Of a stretch of DNA of 64,000 bases, positions 11,654-24,600 are shown one piece after another. This DNA comes from Macrostomum lignano (Eukaryota): contig NIVC01002509.1 of assembly GCA_002269645.1 (NCBI GenBank), positions 62,001 to 126,000 on the forward strand, given 5' to 3'. The position numbers and the translations under genes were made by a program. Under the pieces are notes generated by a model. The model did not search any database. It saw only the letters and a list, made by a program, of their open reading frames with translations, and had not been told where the DNA came from. Every line of letters begins with the position of its first letter. The first letter of the stretch is position 1.

Positions 11654-14600
11654 TTACCGAGAATGCTCAAAGGCATAATCAGCTTCATTAAAGGAAGCTG
11701 TGACGCAATTCGACCAACGATCCAATACCAGTCCAACAGATAAATGACTCAAATCAAAATAAGAAGTAGAATGAAACAGTATGTTCATGTACACCACTAT
11801 GTATTCGGAGGCGGCAAAATAGGTGTACACTGAAATTTTTGCAGAAAAATAAATGCCTTTGTTGACACTAAAAATTTATCTAAAACGATTTTAGTTTTAA
11901 AAACTCATAATAAATCCGCTTACTAAGCCGTTCGCACAGCGCCTGATGTCGCATATAAAAGTACACAGCCAGAGCCGTGCTCAGACAGTAAACGCCAAAG
12001 CTGATCAACTTGATATAAAACGACTGCGGACATGAATTCGTGACAAATTTGATATATTTAGGCTTAGTCTGTTGACAGCAACTGTGAAATCCAAATTGCT
12101 TTTCTCTTATCTACCCTCTGCCTGTCTCTCCCCTACCCTCTGCCTGTCTCTCCCCTACCCTCTGCCTGTCTCTCCCCTACCCTCTGCCTGTCTCTCCCCT
12201 ACCCTCTGCCTGTCTCTCCCCTACCCTCTGCCTGTCTCTCCCCTACCCTCTGCCTGTCTCTCCCCTACCCTCTGCCTGTCTCTCCCCTACCCTCTGCCTG
12301 TCTCTCCCCTACCCTCTGCCTGTCTCTCCCCTACCCTCTGCCTGTCTCTCCCCTACCCTCTGCCTGTCTCTCCCCTACCCTCTGCCTATCTCTTCCCTAC
12401 CATCCGCCTGTCTCTATTTCACCCGCTGCCTGGGCTACAAAAGTACAATTAGCACGCGGCCGAAGCACGCAGACGCACTCGAGTGGAAATCAGCTGTCGA
12501 TCTGTCAGCTTCTGTCGACTCCGCAGTCGGCAGCAGACTCTCAAGTGCAGCAGCATGTACACAGATGAAGATATCAGGAATATGGCGAAACAGTTGCGAT
12601 GGATGGCTGAAATGAGCATGTGGCAGGAGAATAGTTAATCCGAGGTACTGCCGAAAGGACTGAAGCTTAAGGACCTCAATTGGGGCAGCACTATGGCTAG
12701 TGAGCACCAAAGGACACACACGGGCAACAAAGGACACACACCGTTGCTTCTAACGGACACATGGCTTATCTCCAAAGGACACACAGAGGCCATCAATAGA
12801 CACATTCAAAAGCCATCAATAGACGCATTCAGAAGCCATCAATAGACACCTGCAGAGGCCATCAAAAGACACCTGCAGAGGCCATCAAAAGACACCTGCA
12901 GAGGCCATCAAAAGACACCTGCAGAGGCCATCAAAAGACACCTGCAGAGGCCATCAAAAGACACATGCAGAGGCCATCAAAAGACACTTGCAGAGGCCAT
13001 CAAAAGACACCTGCAGAGGCCATCAAAAGACACATGCAGAGGCCATCAAAAGACACTTGCAGAGGCCATCAAAAGACACCTGCAGAGGCCATCAAAAGAC
13101 ACTTGCAGAGGCCATCAAAAGACACATGCAGAGGCCATCAAAAGACACTTGCAGAGGCCATCAAAAGACACCTGCAGAGGCCATCAAAAGACACTTGCAG
13201 AGGCCATCAAAAGACACCTGCAGAGGCCATCAAAAGACACATGCAGAGGCCATCAAAAGACACTTGCAGAGGCCATCAAAAGACACCTGCAGAGGCCATC
13301 GAAAGACACTTGCAGAGGCCATCAAAAGACACATGCAGAGGCCATCAAAAGACACTTGCAGAGGCCATCAAAAGACACCTGCAGAGGCCATCAAAAGACA
13401 CTTGCAGAGGCCATCAAAAGACACTTGCAGAGGCCATCAAAAGACACCTGCAGAGGCCATCAAAAGACACTTGCAGAGGCCATCAAAAGACACATGCAGA
13501 GGCCATCAAAAGACACCTGCAGAGGCCATCAAAAGACACCTGCAGAGGCCATCAAAAGACACTTGCAGAGGCCATCAAAAGACACTTGCAGAGGCCATCA
13601 AAAGACACATGCAGAGGCCATCAAAAGACACATGCAGAGGCCATCAAAAGACACTTGCAGAGGCCATCAAAAGACACTTGCAGAGGCCATCAAAAGACAC
13701 ATGCAGAGGCCATCAAAAGACACCTGTAGAGGACACAAGGACACCAAGTTATGAAACTCACGAAAATTATCAGACGAAGACACAACAGACAGGCCGAACA
13801 GAGCGGCCAATTCCAAGCAGTTGACAGCAAAATGACCGCCAGTCAAACAGCAGTCCTGGTCGCGCCGGAGGCGGCCGCGAATTTCCTGATAATAGGCCAT
13901 GGCCAGGATGAGTCGAAGGGCGCAGCTAACGGTGAGGAACAGGGACCAGATCTGCTTCTCGGGGCTGGTCTCACCGACTGCAGCGCTGATTGATGGCAGG
14001 TAATTGGCGGTCTGTAATAGGCAATAATCAGTCAGCTGCGATAGTAGATAGATATGCAATCAACGATAGCTTATTAAGTTATTACATATGAAAACTGCGA
14101 CATGTCAAATAGCAAAAAACGGCATATCTAAGATTATTTAAATATCGATATTAATCATCTACAGATAGATTATTCTTTACTGACTGATAATCAGCTACTT
14201 ATCGATAATCAGCTACCTACCGATAATAATCTACGTATCGATAATTGGCTTTATATCGATGATCAGCAACATGTCGATAATTATATACACATAAGTAATT
14301 AGCTACATATTGATTATCGATTCATTTTCGAAAAATTTTACACATTGATCAGCTACATATAGATTATCAGCTACATATCGATTATCAGCTACATATCGAT
14401 TATCAGCTACATATCGATTATCAGCTACACATTGATTATCAGCTACATATTGATTATCAGCTACATATTGATTATCAGCTACATATTGATTATCAGCTAC
14501 ATATTGATTATCAGCTACATATTGATTATCAGCTACATATCGATTATCAGCTACATATTGATTATCAGCTACATATTGATTATCAGCTACATATAGATTA

Positions 14601-15239
14601 TCAGCTACATATTGATTATCAGCTACATATAGATTATCAGCTACATATTGATTATCAGCTACATATTGATTATCAGCTACATATTGATTATCAGCTACAT
14701 ATAGATTATCAGCTACATATTGATTATCAGCTACATATAGATTATCAGCTACATATTGATTATCAGCTACATATTGATTATCAGCTACATATTGATTATC
14801 AGCTACATATTGATTATCAGCTACATATTGATTATCAGCTACATATAGATTATCAGCTACATATAGATTATCAGCTACATATAGATTATCAGCTACATAT
14901 TGATTATCAGCTACATATTGATTATCAGCTACATATTGATTATCAGCTACATATAGATTATCAGCTACATATAGATTATCAGCTACATTAATATTAAGTG
15001 TAAAAATAAATTTGGCACAGAAACCCTACAATAATCGGCTAAAGTTTTAACAAAGTTAAAAAGCATACAACTACGGCTCTCCTAACCAACTGACAGTCAA
15101 TAGAAATAAATCTCACCTGACAGTGCGTGGCCAAACTGTGATCCGAGTGATAAGCAACCGAGTAGGTGACACAGATTGCCAAAGCCGATGCGGGCAGAAC
15201 AACTGATAGAGCTGATACTTGGCTAACACTGTACGACAT
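11654..15239 (-). CDS. PGAP2: Post-GPI attachment to proteins factor 2 (FRAG1/PGAP2 family), ~258 aa; exons 15239-15117, 14011-13762, 12606-12479, 12023-11924, 11829-11654
   Basis: Phase-consistent GT-AG joins give THCQ|TANYLPSISAAVG, ELAALFGLSVVSSSDNF|PIHRNCFAIF, YFYMRHQALCE and YTYFAASEYIVVYMNILFH, the Frag1/PGAP2 family signatures. The exon 3 donor (12478) is the least certain junction. Confidence 0.88.
12110..12410. repeat. 22-bp minisatellite (CCCTACCCTCTGCCTGTCTCTC) ~13 copies, PGAP2 intron 3
   Basis: Tandem units read directly. Confidence 0.95.
12790..13735. repeat. 23-bp minisatellite GCAGAGGCCATCAAAAGACA(CCT/CTT/CAT) ~40 copies, PGAP2 intron 2
   Basis: Three interspersed unit variants. 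Confidence 0.96.
14350..14988. repeat. 18-bp minisatellite (GATTATCAGCTACATATT/ATA/ATC) ~35 copies, PGAP2 intron 1
   Basis: Tandem units, with a degenerate lead-in from ~14150. Confidence 0.96.
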
Positions 15240-15436
15240 TTTTCAATTATTTATCCAATGCTTTTCAATGCCTAACAGTAATATAATAGAATTTGCGTCT
15301 TCGAGAAGCGAACGCAACTGAGGCATGAAAGCATGAAAATTAATTAAAAAATGGATGGTTACTTGCTAGGCTCATTCAGAACCTGTTTTGGAATTATCAT
15401 TAGATAAGACCTTTAATAAAAGTGCACATTCAGAGT

Positions 15437-15945
15437 AGGCCAAGTGTGCATTGAGACAGAGATGGGGTGGTGGGTGGGCTAAGACTAACCTTGAGTGGAT
15501 TCGAATGGCCAAGTGTACATAGAGACAGAGATGGGGTGGTGGGTGGCTGAGGCAGGGGTTCAATGGATCGGTTTAGAATAGCCAAGTGTAGATTCAGACG
15601 GAGATGGGGTGGTGGGTGGGCTAAGACTAACCTTGAGTGGATTCGAATGGCCAAGTGTACATAGAGACGGAGATGGGGTGGTGGGTGGCTGAGGCAGGGG
15701 TTCAATGAATCGGTTTAGAATAGCCAAGTGTACATTCAGACGGAGATGGGGTGGTGGGTGGGCTGAGGATGAGGTGAAGTGGGTTTAGATCATAGCCAAG
15801 TGTACATTGAGATGAGAATGGTGTGGTGGGTGGCTGAGGCAAGGGTTCAATGAACCGGTTTAGAATAACCAAGTGTACATTGAGACGGTAATGGGGTGGC
15901 GGGTGGCTGAGGCAGGGTCATTGGACCGGTTTAGAATGGCTACTG
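15437..15945. repeat. 69/73-bp G-rich minisatellite (GCCAAGTGT...GATGGGGTGGTGGGTGG...) ~7 copies, upstream of PGAP2
   Basis: GCCAAGTGT anchors at 15439, 15508, 15581, 15650, 15723, 15795 and (ACCAAGTGT variant) 15868. Confidence 0.9.
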
Positions 15946-17689
15946 TGCGGCGGGCATCACTAAATTTATTGAAATGACAATGCTAGTTGTTGTTTCTGAT
16001 AAACTAGCAAATATTAGCGACAAATGTTAATTAAATAAAAACTCAGCAATGCAATAAGACGAAACGCTCAAAGGCCATGAAAAAGCGACGAATTGGCAGC
16101 GATGAGCAACTGAAAATTGTTTATACTATTATTATAAATATATGAATATTATTTGGTAAAACTTTGTTCGTACAATCAATGAATGTTTCAATAAATGATG
16201 GAGACAAAACAGTAAAATAATTTATACTACTTATATTTAAAAGAAGCATACACGCACACACTGTGCTGCAAGTCTGACTGCAATTTGAAAAAATTATTAG
16301 TGTCTACAGGTACAGGCAAAACAGACAAACGAATGGACAAAACGTACTTTAATAAAAATTATAAGCATGAGCACGCGCATGATCAAGAAGCTCAAGGTAA
16401 GTTTCAAATACTAGAAACTGTTTTTCTATCAAATCTGAGAAGGAGTGTTTTATTAAAATTGAGAAAATCCATCTTAAAACCACAGTTCAAAGATAGACGT
16501 ATAGAGATGAAACCTGAACAAACAGAAGCGACTACTGACTAGATAGAGTGCGGATGAGATTCCATAATGAACACTACCGTAAATACAGGTAAAAATGGAT
16601 AAGAGAAGAAAGTACTTTTGCCAGATCGCAGACCTGTTAAAACCCAAATCAATCAATCACCAACAACCATTTGAATTTCGGTTTATAATAGACAAAATAT
16701 AAATAGCTATTGCGCTAAACTGTGTACTTTAAGTAGGCAGTATGGAATACAGAAGCGGAAAAAACACTCACCATAGATAAAAGGAAAAGAGGTAAAGCTT
16801 TTCAATTTATTACTAGTAAGTAGCATGTGTACAGAGATTACTGAAACACCCGAGTGTGGAAACTAAGCAGGTAAATCAACTGCTTATTGAGAATAGCTAA
16901 GAAAGAGTAGGTCATTAGAGCTGATTAGTGAAATAAATAAATGGCGCCTTGGCTTCTCAGTAATACAATTAGCCAATCAATAACTTTAGTACGTTTAATT
17001 AGTTAAAGCACCGATGCTTAGAAAGCTTCAGAGAAGGCGAGTCACACTACTTAGCTACCGAGCAGGAAAGTAGCATATTGCAATTTTAAAATACGATTAT
17101 TAAAGTACAGTACACCGCAAGCTAAAAAACACAATAATTTGAAGAGTTTATTTCGCAATGCGCATGAAACATGAAGCATATTTAAAAAATATCAGAAGTG
17201 CATTTAGAAGCAGCAGAAACATGTGTACGACAGTAAGTGTGCTCGTACGAGGTCAGAGCGAAATGATTCGTGCCAGGTTTAACAATAACAGATGCTGTGC
17301 ATTGGGCTACGGCTGCATATTAGTATTTTAGTTTACACAATCGTAATGAAAATAAAATTCATTTGCAAAGCGAAATATGCCCACGTGTGTTCTGAGTTTA
17401 GCACTGAAAAACAAAAGCAAGCAGGCCTACATTGGTAAAAAAAGCAATCGTTTATATAACAAAACAATATTGGGAAAGCAACAACAACGTGGAAAACCAA
17501 GTTACAAGTATATAAGTAAAGGTCAATTTTCACATCAAAGCTTAATAGCTTCTTTTTATATTGATCTACGAGTATATTTTTACCACAGTAAATATTTCTT
17601 ATTTTCATTTCTATTTTTATAGATAACTACCTGTGTTTTAGCTATTACCTTTAAATATGAAAGTCCTAATAACTTATCAATAGCTCTAT

Positions 17690-18543
17690 CTGTGAGTAGG
17701 TCATAATTATCACTATTTTATAGCTTCACATGTGGACAGGCCATAATTATCACCAATTTTATAGCTCCACCTGTGAGCAGGCCATAATTATCACCAATTT
17801 TATAGCTCCACCTGTGGACAGGCCATAATTATCACCTATTTTATAGCTCCACCTGTGAGCAGGCCATAATTATCACCTATTTTATAGCTCCACCTGTGAG
17901 CAGGCCATAATTATCACCTATTTTATAGCTCCATCCGTGAGCAGGCCATAATTATCACCTATTTTATAGCTCCACCCGTGAGCAGGCCATAATTATCACC
18001 TATTTTATAGCTTCACCCGTGAGCAGGCCATAATTATCATCAATTTTATAGCTTCACCTGTGAGCAGGCTATAATTATCATCAATTTTATAGCTTCACCT
18101 GCGGACAGGCCATAATTATCACTAATTTTATAGCCCCACTGTGGACAGGCCATAATTATCACCTATTTTATAGCTTCACCTGTGAGCAGGCCATAATTAT
18201 CATCAATTTTATAGCTTCACCTGTGAGCAGGCCATAATTATCATCAATTTTATAGCTTCACCTGTGAGCAGGCCATAATTATCACCAATTTTATAGCTCC
18301 ACCTGTGAGCAGGCCATAATTATCACCAATTTTATAGCTCCACCTGTAAAACTTATCACCAATTTTATAGCTCTACCTGTGAGCAGGCCATAATTATCAC
18401 CAATTTTATAGCTCCACCTGTGAGCAGACCATAATTATCACCAATTTTATAGCTCCACTTGTAGACAGGCCATAATTATCACCAATTTTATAGCTCTACC
18501 TGTGGACAGGCCATAATTATCACCTATTTTATAGCTCCACCTG
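17690..18543. repeat. 41-bp minisatellite (ACCTGTGAGCAGGCCATAATTATCACCAATTTTATAGCTCC) ~20 copies, just downstream of the MCT stop
   Basis: Tandem units read directly. Confidence 0.95.
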
Positions 18544-18602
18544 TGGGTAACAAACAAAGAAACAATAAAAAATATAAATCCAATGAGCCCCTCGACCGCA
18601 GC

Positions 18603-21600
18603 TCAGATTCGGCTCTCGAACTCGGCCTCCGCAGTTTCCTGCTCGTCAGAAGCAGCAGCAGCAGCCGCTGTCGAAGACGCGCCGGCAGCGGCAGCGGCAG
18701 GGAACTGATCCTGATAAGTTGGCAGCTCGACAGCCGACTGAGCGGCAGTGGCCGGCGCCATCTGCGGAGTCTGCGGCGCCGAAAATTCGAAAGTATCCCC
18801 GCCGATGGCCAGCATAGGCAGCTGGCGACTGCCGATGGCGGAAGCTACGCCGGAACCACCGCCGCTGCCAGACGTAGCCGTCCGTTGTCGGTTCCGACCG
18901 CGGCTCCTACGCAGCTCTTCGCGCCGCTCCTCCCACTGGCTGAGGCGGCGAAGCGGCACGCCGAGCAGGCCGGACAGAATCAGAAAGCAGCCGGCCAGGT
19001 AGAAGCTCAGCGAATAGTTCGGCGTCGGATCCAGCTGGTCGATCGCCGAGCCGAGCGGCGGTCCGACAACGATGCCGACGCCTTGGAACAGCAGCAGCAG
19101 GCCGTAGGCATTGGTCAGGCGGTCCAGGCCCATTAGTTCCACCACCAGGATGGTGCGCAGCGACACCCAGGCAGCTGTAAGAAAATTTGAAGAGTTGCAA
19201 AAAAAATTATGCAATGATAATTTGAGGCATTTTTAATACCCGGTTTCGTTTCCATGCGCAGCCGAATTCACCTGGGGCTTAGTGCACGTAATTGGGGGCT
19301 GATAAAGTATGTCAGACTGTCTAATGTTAATCTATCTATCAAAGTATGTCAGACTGTCTAATGTTCATCTATCAAAGTATGTCAGACTGTCTAATGTTCA
19401 TCTATCAAAGTATGTCAGACTGTCTAATGTTCATCTATCAAAGTATGTCAGACTGTCTAATGTTCATCTATCAAAGTATGTCAGACTGTCTAATGTTCAT
19501 CTATCAAAGTATGTCAGACTGTCTAATGTTCATCTATCAAAGTATGTCAGACTGTCTAATGTTCATCTATCAAAGTATGTCAGACTGTCTAATGTACATC
19601 CATAAAAGTATGTCAGACTGTCTAATGTACATCGATCAAAGTATGTCAGACTGTCTAATGTACATCCATAAAAGTATGTCAGACTATCTAATGTACATCG
19701 ATCAAAGTATGTCAGACTGTCTAATGTACATCCATAAAAGTATGTCAGACTATCTGATGTACATCTATCAAAGTATGCCAGACTGTCTAATGTTAATCTA
19801 TCAAAGTATGTCAGACTGTCTGATGTACATCTATCAAAGTATGTCAGACTGTCTAATGTTAATCTATCAAAGTATGTCAGACTGTCTGATGTACATCTAT
19901 CAAAGTATGTCAGACTGTCTAATGTTAATCTATCAAAGTATGTCAGACTGTCTAATGTTAATCTATCAAAGTATGTCAGACTGTCTGATGTACATCTATC
20001 AAAGTATGTCAGACTGTCTAATGTTAATCTATCAAAGTATGTCAGACTGTCTAATGTTAATCTATCAAAGTATGTCAGATTGTCTGATGTACATCTATCA
20101 AAGTATGTCAGACTGTCTAATGTTAATCTATCAAAGTATGTCAGACTGTCTGATGTACATCTATCAAAGTATGTCAGACTGTCTAATGTTAATCTATCAA
20201 AGTATGTCAGACTGTCTGATGTACATCTATCAAAGTATGTCAGACTGTCTAATGTTAATCTATCAAAGTATGTCAGACTGTCTGATGTTAATCTATCAAA
20301 GTATGTCAGACTGTCTGATGTTAATCTATCAAAGTATGCCAGACTGTCTGATGTTAATCTATCAAAGTATGCCAGGCTGTCTAATATCCACCGATCAAAG
20401 TATGTCAGATTTTTCTGTTTATCAAGGTAAGCTATCATGTTGTCTAGTATTTAATATATTCCAAGACACCCGCAAAATAGTATGCCAATAGTATGTCATT
20501 CAATCAAGCCGCACTGAGAAGAGCATGCACAGATACGCACCGATAAATAGTCCGTAGCAACAGGCGCAACCAATCATTGGCTCCAATGTGTGACAGAACG
20601 GAATGAAAGCCGTGGCCAGACCGGCGCCAATCAGTGCCAGGTTGTTTATCCACAGCGCATCCGCCCAAGAGCGATCCGAGGCCCAGCCTGGAAATAATAG
20701 GGCGATGCTGGGATCTGGGACTTCAGGGACTGGCTGCTTCTCGCTGGGATCTGGGACTTCAGGGACTGGCTGCTTCTTGCTGGGATCTGGGACTTCAGGG
20801 ACTGGCTGCTTCTCGCTGGGATCTGGGACTTCAGGGACTGGCTGCTTCTTGCTCGGATCTGGGACTTCAGGGACTGGCTGCTTCTTGCTGGGATCTGGGA
20901 CTTCAGGGACTGGCTGCTTCTTGCTGGGATCTGGGACTTCAGGGACTGGCTGCTTCTGGGACTTGGGATCTTATATTTTAGGTACTTCACAATCTGATCT
21001 GACCCACCTGCAACGATTCGTCCGACAGTGTTCGCAACGCCAATTAGCGTAACAAGTAGCGTAGCGTCGTTGTGCGGAATACCGCGTTTCATTGCGTAGC
21101 CCTTGATAAACTGGTAGAACTGAAGGAAGCCTGTGTTAAATAAGCGATAGTAGTATAGTATGAGTATGTTAGACCAGTCTGGGGAGTTGGAAGTACTTGA
21201 AATGGATTAAGAAATATTCGCAATAGATTCGGAATGTATTCGGAATAGATTCGGAAATATTTGGAATAGATTTGGAAATATTCGGAATGGATTCGCAATA
21301 GATTCGCAATAGATTCGGAAATATTTGGAATAGATTCGCAAAAGATTCGGAATAGATTCGAGAATATTCGGAATAGATTCGCAATAGATTCGGAATAGAT
21401 TCGCTATAGATTCGGAATAGATTCGGAATGGATTCGGAATAGATTCGGAATGAATTCGGAATAGATTCGGAATATATTCGGAATGAATTCGGAATAGATT
21501 CGGAATAGATTTGGAATGGATTTGGAATAGATTCGGAATAGATTTGGAATGGATTCGGAATAGATTCGGAATGGATTCGGAATAGATTCGGAATGAATTC

Positions 21601-24600
21601 GGAATAGATTCGGAATATATTCGGAATGAATTCGGAATAGATTCGGAATAGATTTGGAATGGACTTGGAATAGATTCGGAATAGATTTGGAATGGATTCG
21701 GAATAGATTCGGAATGGATTCGGAAATGATTCGGAATAGATTTGAAAATATTCGGAATAGATTTGGAAATATTCGGAATAGATTCGGAAATATTCGGAAT
21801 AGATTTGGAAATATTCGGAATAGATTCGGAATAGATTCGGAAATATTCGGAATAGATTCGGAAATATTCGGAATAGATTCGGAAATATTCGGAATAGATT
21901 CGGAAATATTCGGAATAGATTCGGAAATATTCGGAATAGATTCGCAATAGATTCGGAATAGATTCGGAATATATTCGGAATGAATTCGGAATAGATTCGG
22001 AATAGATTTGGAATGGATTTGGAATAGATTCGGAATAGATTTGGAATGGATTCGGAATAGATTCGGAATGGATTCGGAATAGATTCGGAATGAATTCGGA
22101 ATAGATTCGGAATATATTCGGAATGAATTCGGAATAGATTCGGAATAGATTTGGAATGGACTTGGAATAGATTCGGAATAGATTTGGAATGGATTCGGAA
22201 TAGATTCGGAATGGATTCGGAAATGATTCGGAATAGATTTGAAAATATTCGGAATAGATTTGGAAATATTCGGAATAGATTCGGAAATATTCGGAATAGA
22301 TTTGGAAATATTCGGAATAGATTCGGAATAGATTCGGAAATATTCGGAATAGATTCGGAAATATTCGGAATAGATTCGGAAATATTCGGAATAGATTCGG
22401 AAATATTCGGAATAGATTCGCAATAGATTCGGAATAGATTCAAAAATATTCGGAGTAGATTTGGAAACATTTGAAATTTTGAAATATCGAACATAGACCC
22501 TCCCAATCTCACCGAGCATAGTGAGCACGGAAGACACCAGCAGCAGACAGAATGTTGGAGACTTCAGTATTGACACATCCAGCATCTGCTTAATAGCGGA
22601 CTTGGCCGGAGCGGCAGGCCTACCGGCATCTGGCGGAATGCTAGTGACCGATCGATAATACTCTCTAGTGCCAGCCACGCTCATCTTGCTCCTGGTGTAC
22701 TCATTCAACTGGTGCAGGGAGCCGCTATGGAATACGTCCTTCCTATTCATAGGCCTGAGCATCTCTCTGAGCACAGATTTTGATATAGCTTCTCGAACTT
22801 CCTCCGTGACAGCCAGCTGGTGTTGCCCAGCAACATCGTCCGGACCAGTTGAGCACCGGTGCAAATCCACTCCGGAAACAAATCTGGAGTGCTCGGGCGA
22901 TTGCGGCTCCGAGCTGACCGATAACTGCTGCTGCCGCTGCGGCTGCTCCATGGACGGCGAATTATTCAAAGACGTCTGACTTTGCGAATAGTCGCGTACG
23001 AGCTGCGGCACGCTGCTCTTCATTGCGGCGGCGTTGCCAGGGATCGCAGCAGCGGTGGCGGCTGAATTATTCGTTGCCGCGGTAGCCGCGGCCGCTGAGT
23101 TCGCCGCGGCGGCTGCGGCGGCGGCATTCGAGTCGTTCAAGGCTGCGCTGCTGCGATTGGCGAGGCGGCGAGAGGCGTTGGTCTTCCTGCGCAGGACGGT
23201 CTCGGCGATGCGGTGCAGCGCTTCCGAGCTCATCACTGGCTGGTCGTCGAAGTCGGGCGGCGGCGGCTCAACCCGATTAGCCGTGGTGATGATCCAGCCA
23301 TTTAGGGAGCCCTGGGGGAGTCCGGAGTGATGCAATCGGGATTACTGCTATCTATATTCGAATGCTTGGTAACGATGTACGGATATTTGCGATGAGTCCA
23401 AAAATAGTTATGCCAAAGGCGATCCCTAGAAAAGCAATTATGCCAATAGGCTGTTTCATAGAAACACTATTATACCCAATTTGTTGTTTCCTGGAAACAA
23501 TAATACCAAGAGTCTGTTTCCTAGAAACATGAATACAGCCAATAGACTGTTTCCTAGAAACATGAATACAGCCAATAGACTGTTTTCTAGAAACACGAAT
23601 ACAGCCAATAGACTGTGTTCCTAGAAACATGAATACAGCCAATAGACTGTTTTCTAGAAACATGAATACAGCCAATAGACTGTTTTCTAGAAACATGAAT
23701 ACAGCCAATAGACTGTTTCCTAGAAACATGAATACAGCCAACAGACTGTGTTCCTAGAAACATGAATACAGCCAATAGACTGTTTTCTAGAAACATGAAT
23801 ACAGCCAATAGACTGTTTCCTAGAAACATGAATACAGCCAACAGACTGTGTTCCTAGAAACATGAATACAGCCAACAGACTGTGTTCCTAGAAACATGAA
23901 TACAGCCAACAGACTATGTTCCTAGAAACATGAATACAGCCAATAGACTGTTTCCTAGAAACATGAATACAGCCAATAGACTGTTTCCTAGAAACACGAA
24001 TACAGCCAATAGACTGTTGCCTAGAAACACGATGATAACAAAGTCTGTTTCCTAGCAACGCAAATATCCGAATATACTAATTCCTAGAAATAAATATAAC
24101 CAATACTCCAACAGTCTGTTTCCTATAAGAATAATAATAATAATTGATTAGTGATTACACCTGCCCCAATTAGGCCAGACGTGCAACCGACAGCTCAGCC
24201 GCAGCTATTGCGCGGCGCATCTGAAGGCTGCGTACGGCTGTTCAGTCCAATGACTGGGGGTCGCCACACACACCCTCAATTACCCCGGCTAATGCTGGCA
24301 CCCATTTTATAGCTAGATGAACTGAAGTAATGCAGAGTTAAGTGTCTTTTTCAAGGACACCAACTGTTCCAGTGGGATCAGAAATCGAACCCCCGACCTT
24401 CAAGTCGTGAGTCGACGTTCTAACCACCAAGACAACAGCCACTAGAAACACAAATATCCTACCACACAGAACTAATTCAAAGTCTTAGAAAAAAATATAT
24501 ATTCATAAGTGGAAGCCGTTAATGAAAAAACGGACTATGATTCTTCAAACTCACCTGACTAACATTCCGCTCTCGCTTCTTATTCTCAATCAATTTCTTC

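Noticed and set aside
12965-13824. Long ORFs (QRPSKDTCRGHQKT...) in three frames
   Set aside because: They are translations of the 23-bp intronic minisatellite, with no synonymous-site variation pattern.
19309-20491. 381-aa (+) and 291-aa (-) repetitive ORFs
   Set aside because: Artefact of a 33-bp (multiple of 3) unit that lacks stops in some frames; it lies inside MCT intron 6.
21404-23335. 643-aa ORF as a single protein
   Set aside because: Only 23311-22513 is MCT exon 4 (donor G|GTGAGA at 22512); the rest is read-through into the 11-bp array.
23312-23347. Upstream acceptor at 23345 for MCT exon 4
   Set aside because: It would place an in-frame TAA (23344-23342); the acceptor CTCCCCCAG| at 23312 gives an open, phase-0 join.
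24380-24442. Functional tRNA gene
   Set aside because: There is no complete cloverleaf or acceptor stem, and it continues into a SINE body and tail.
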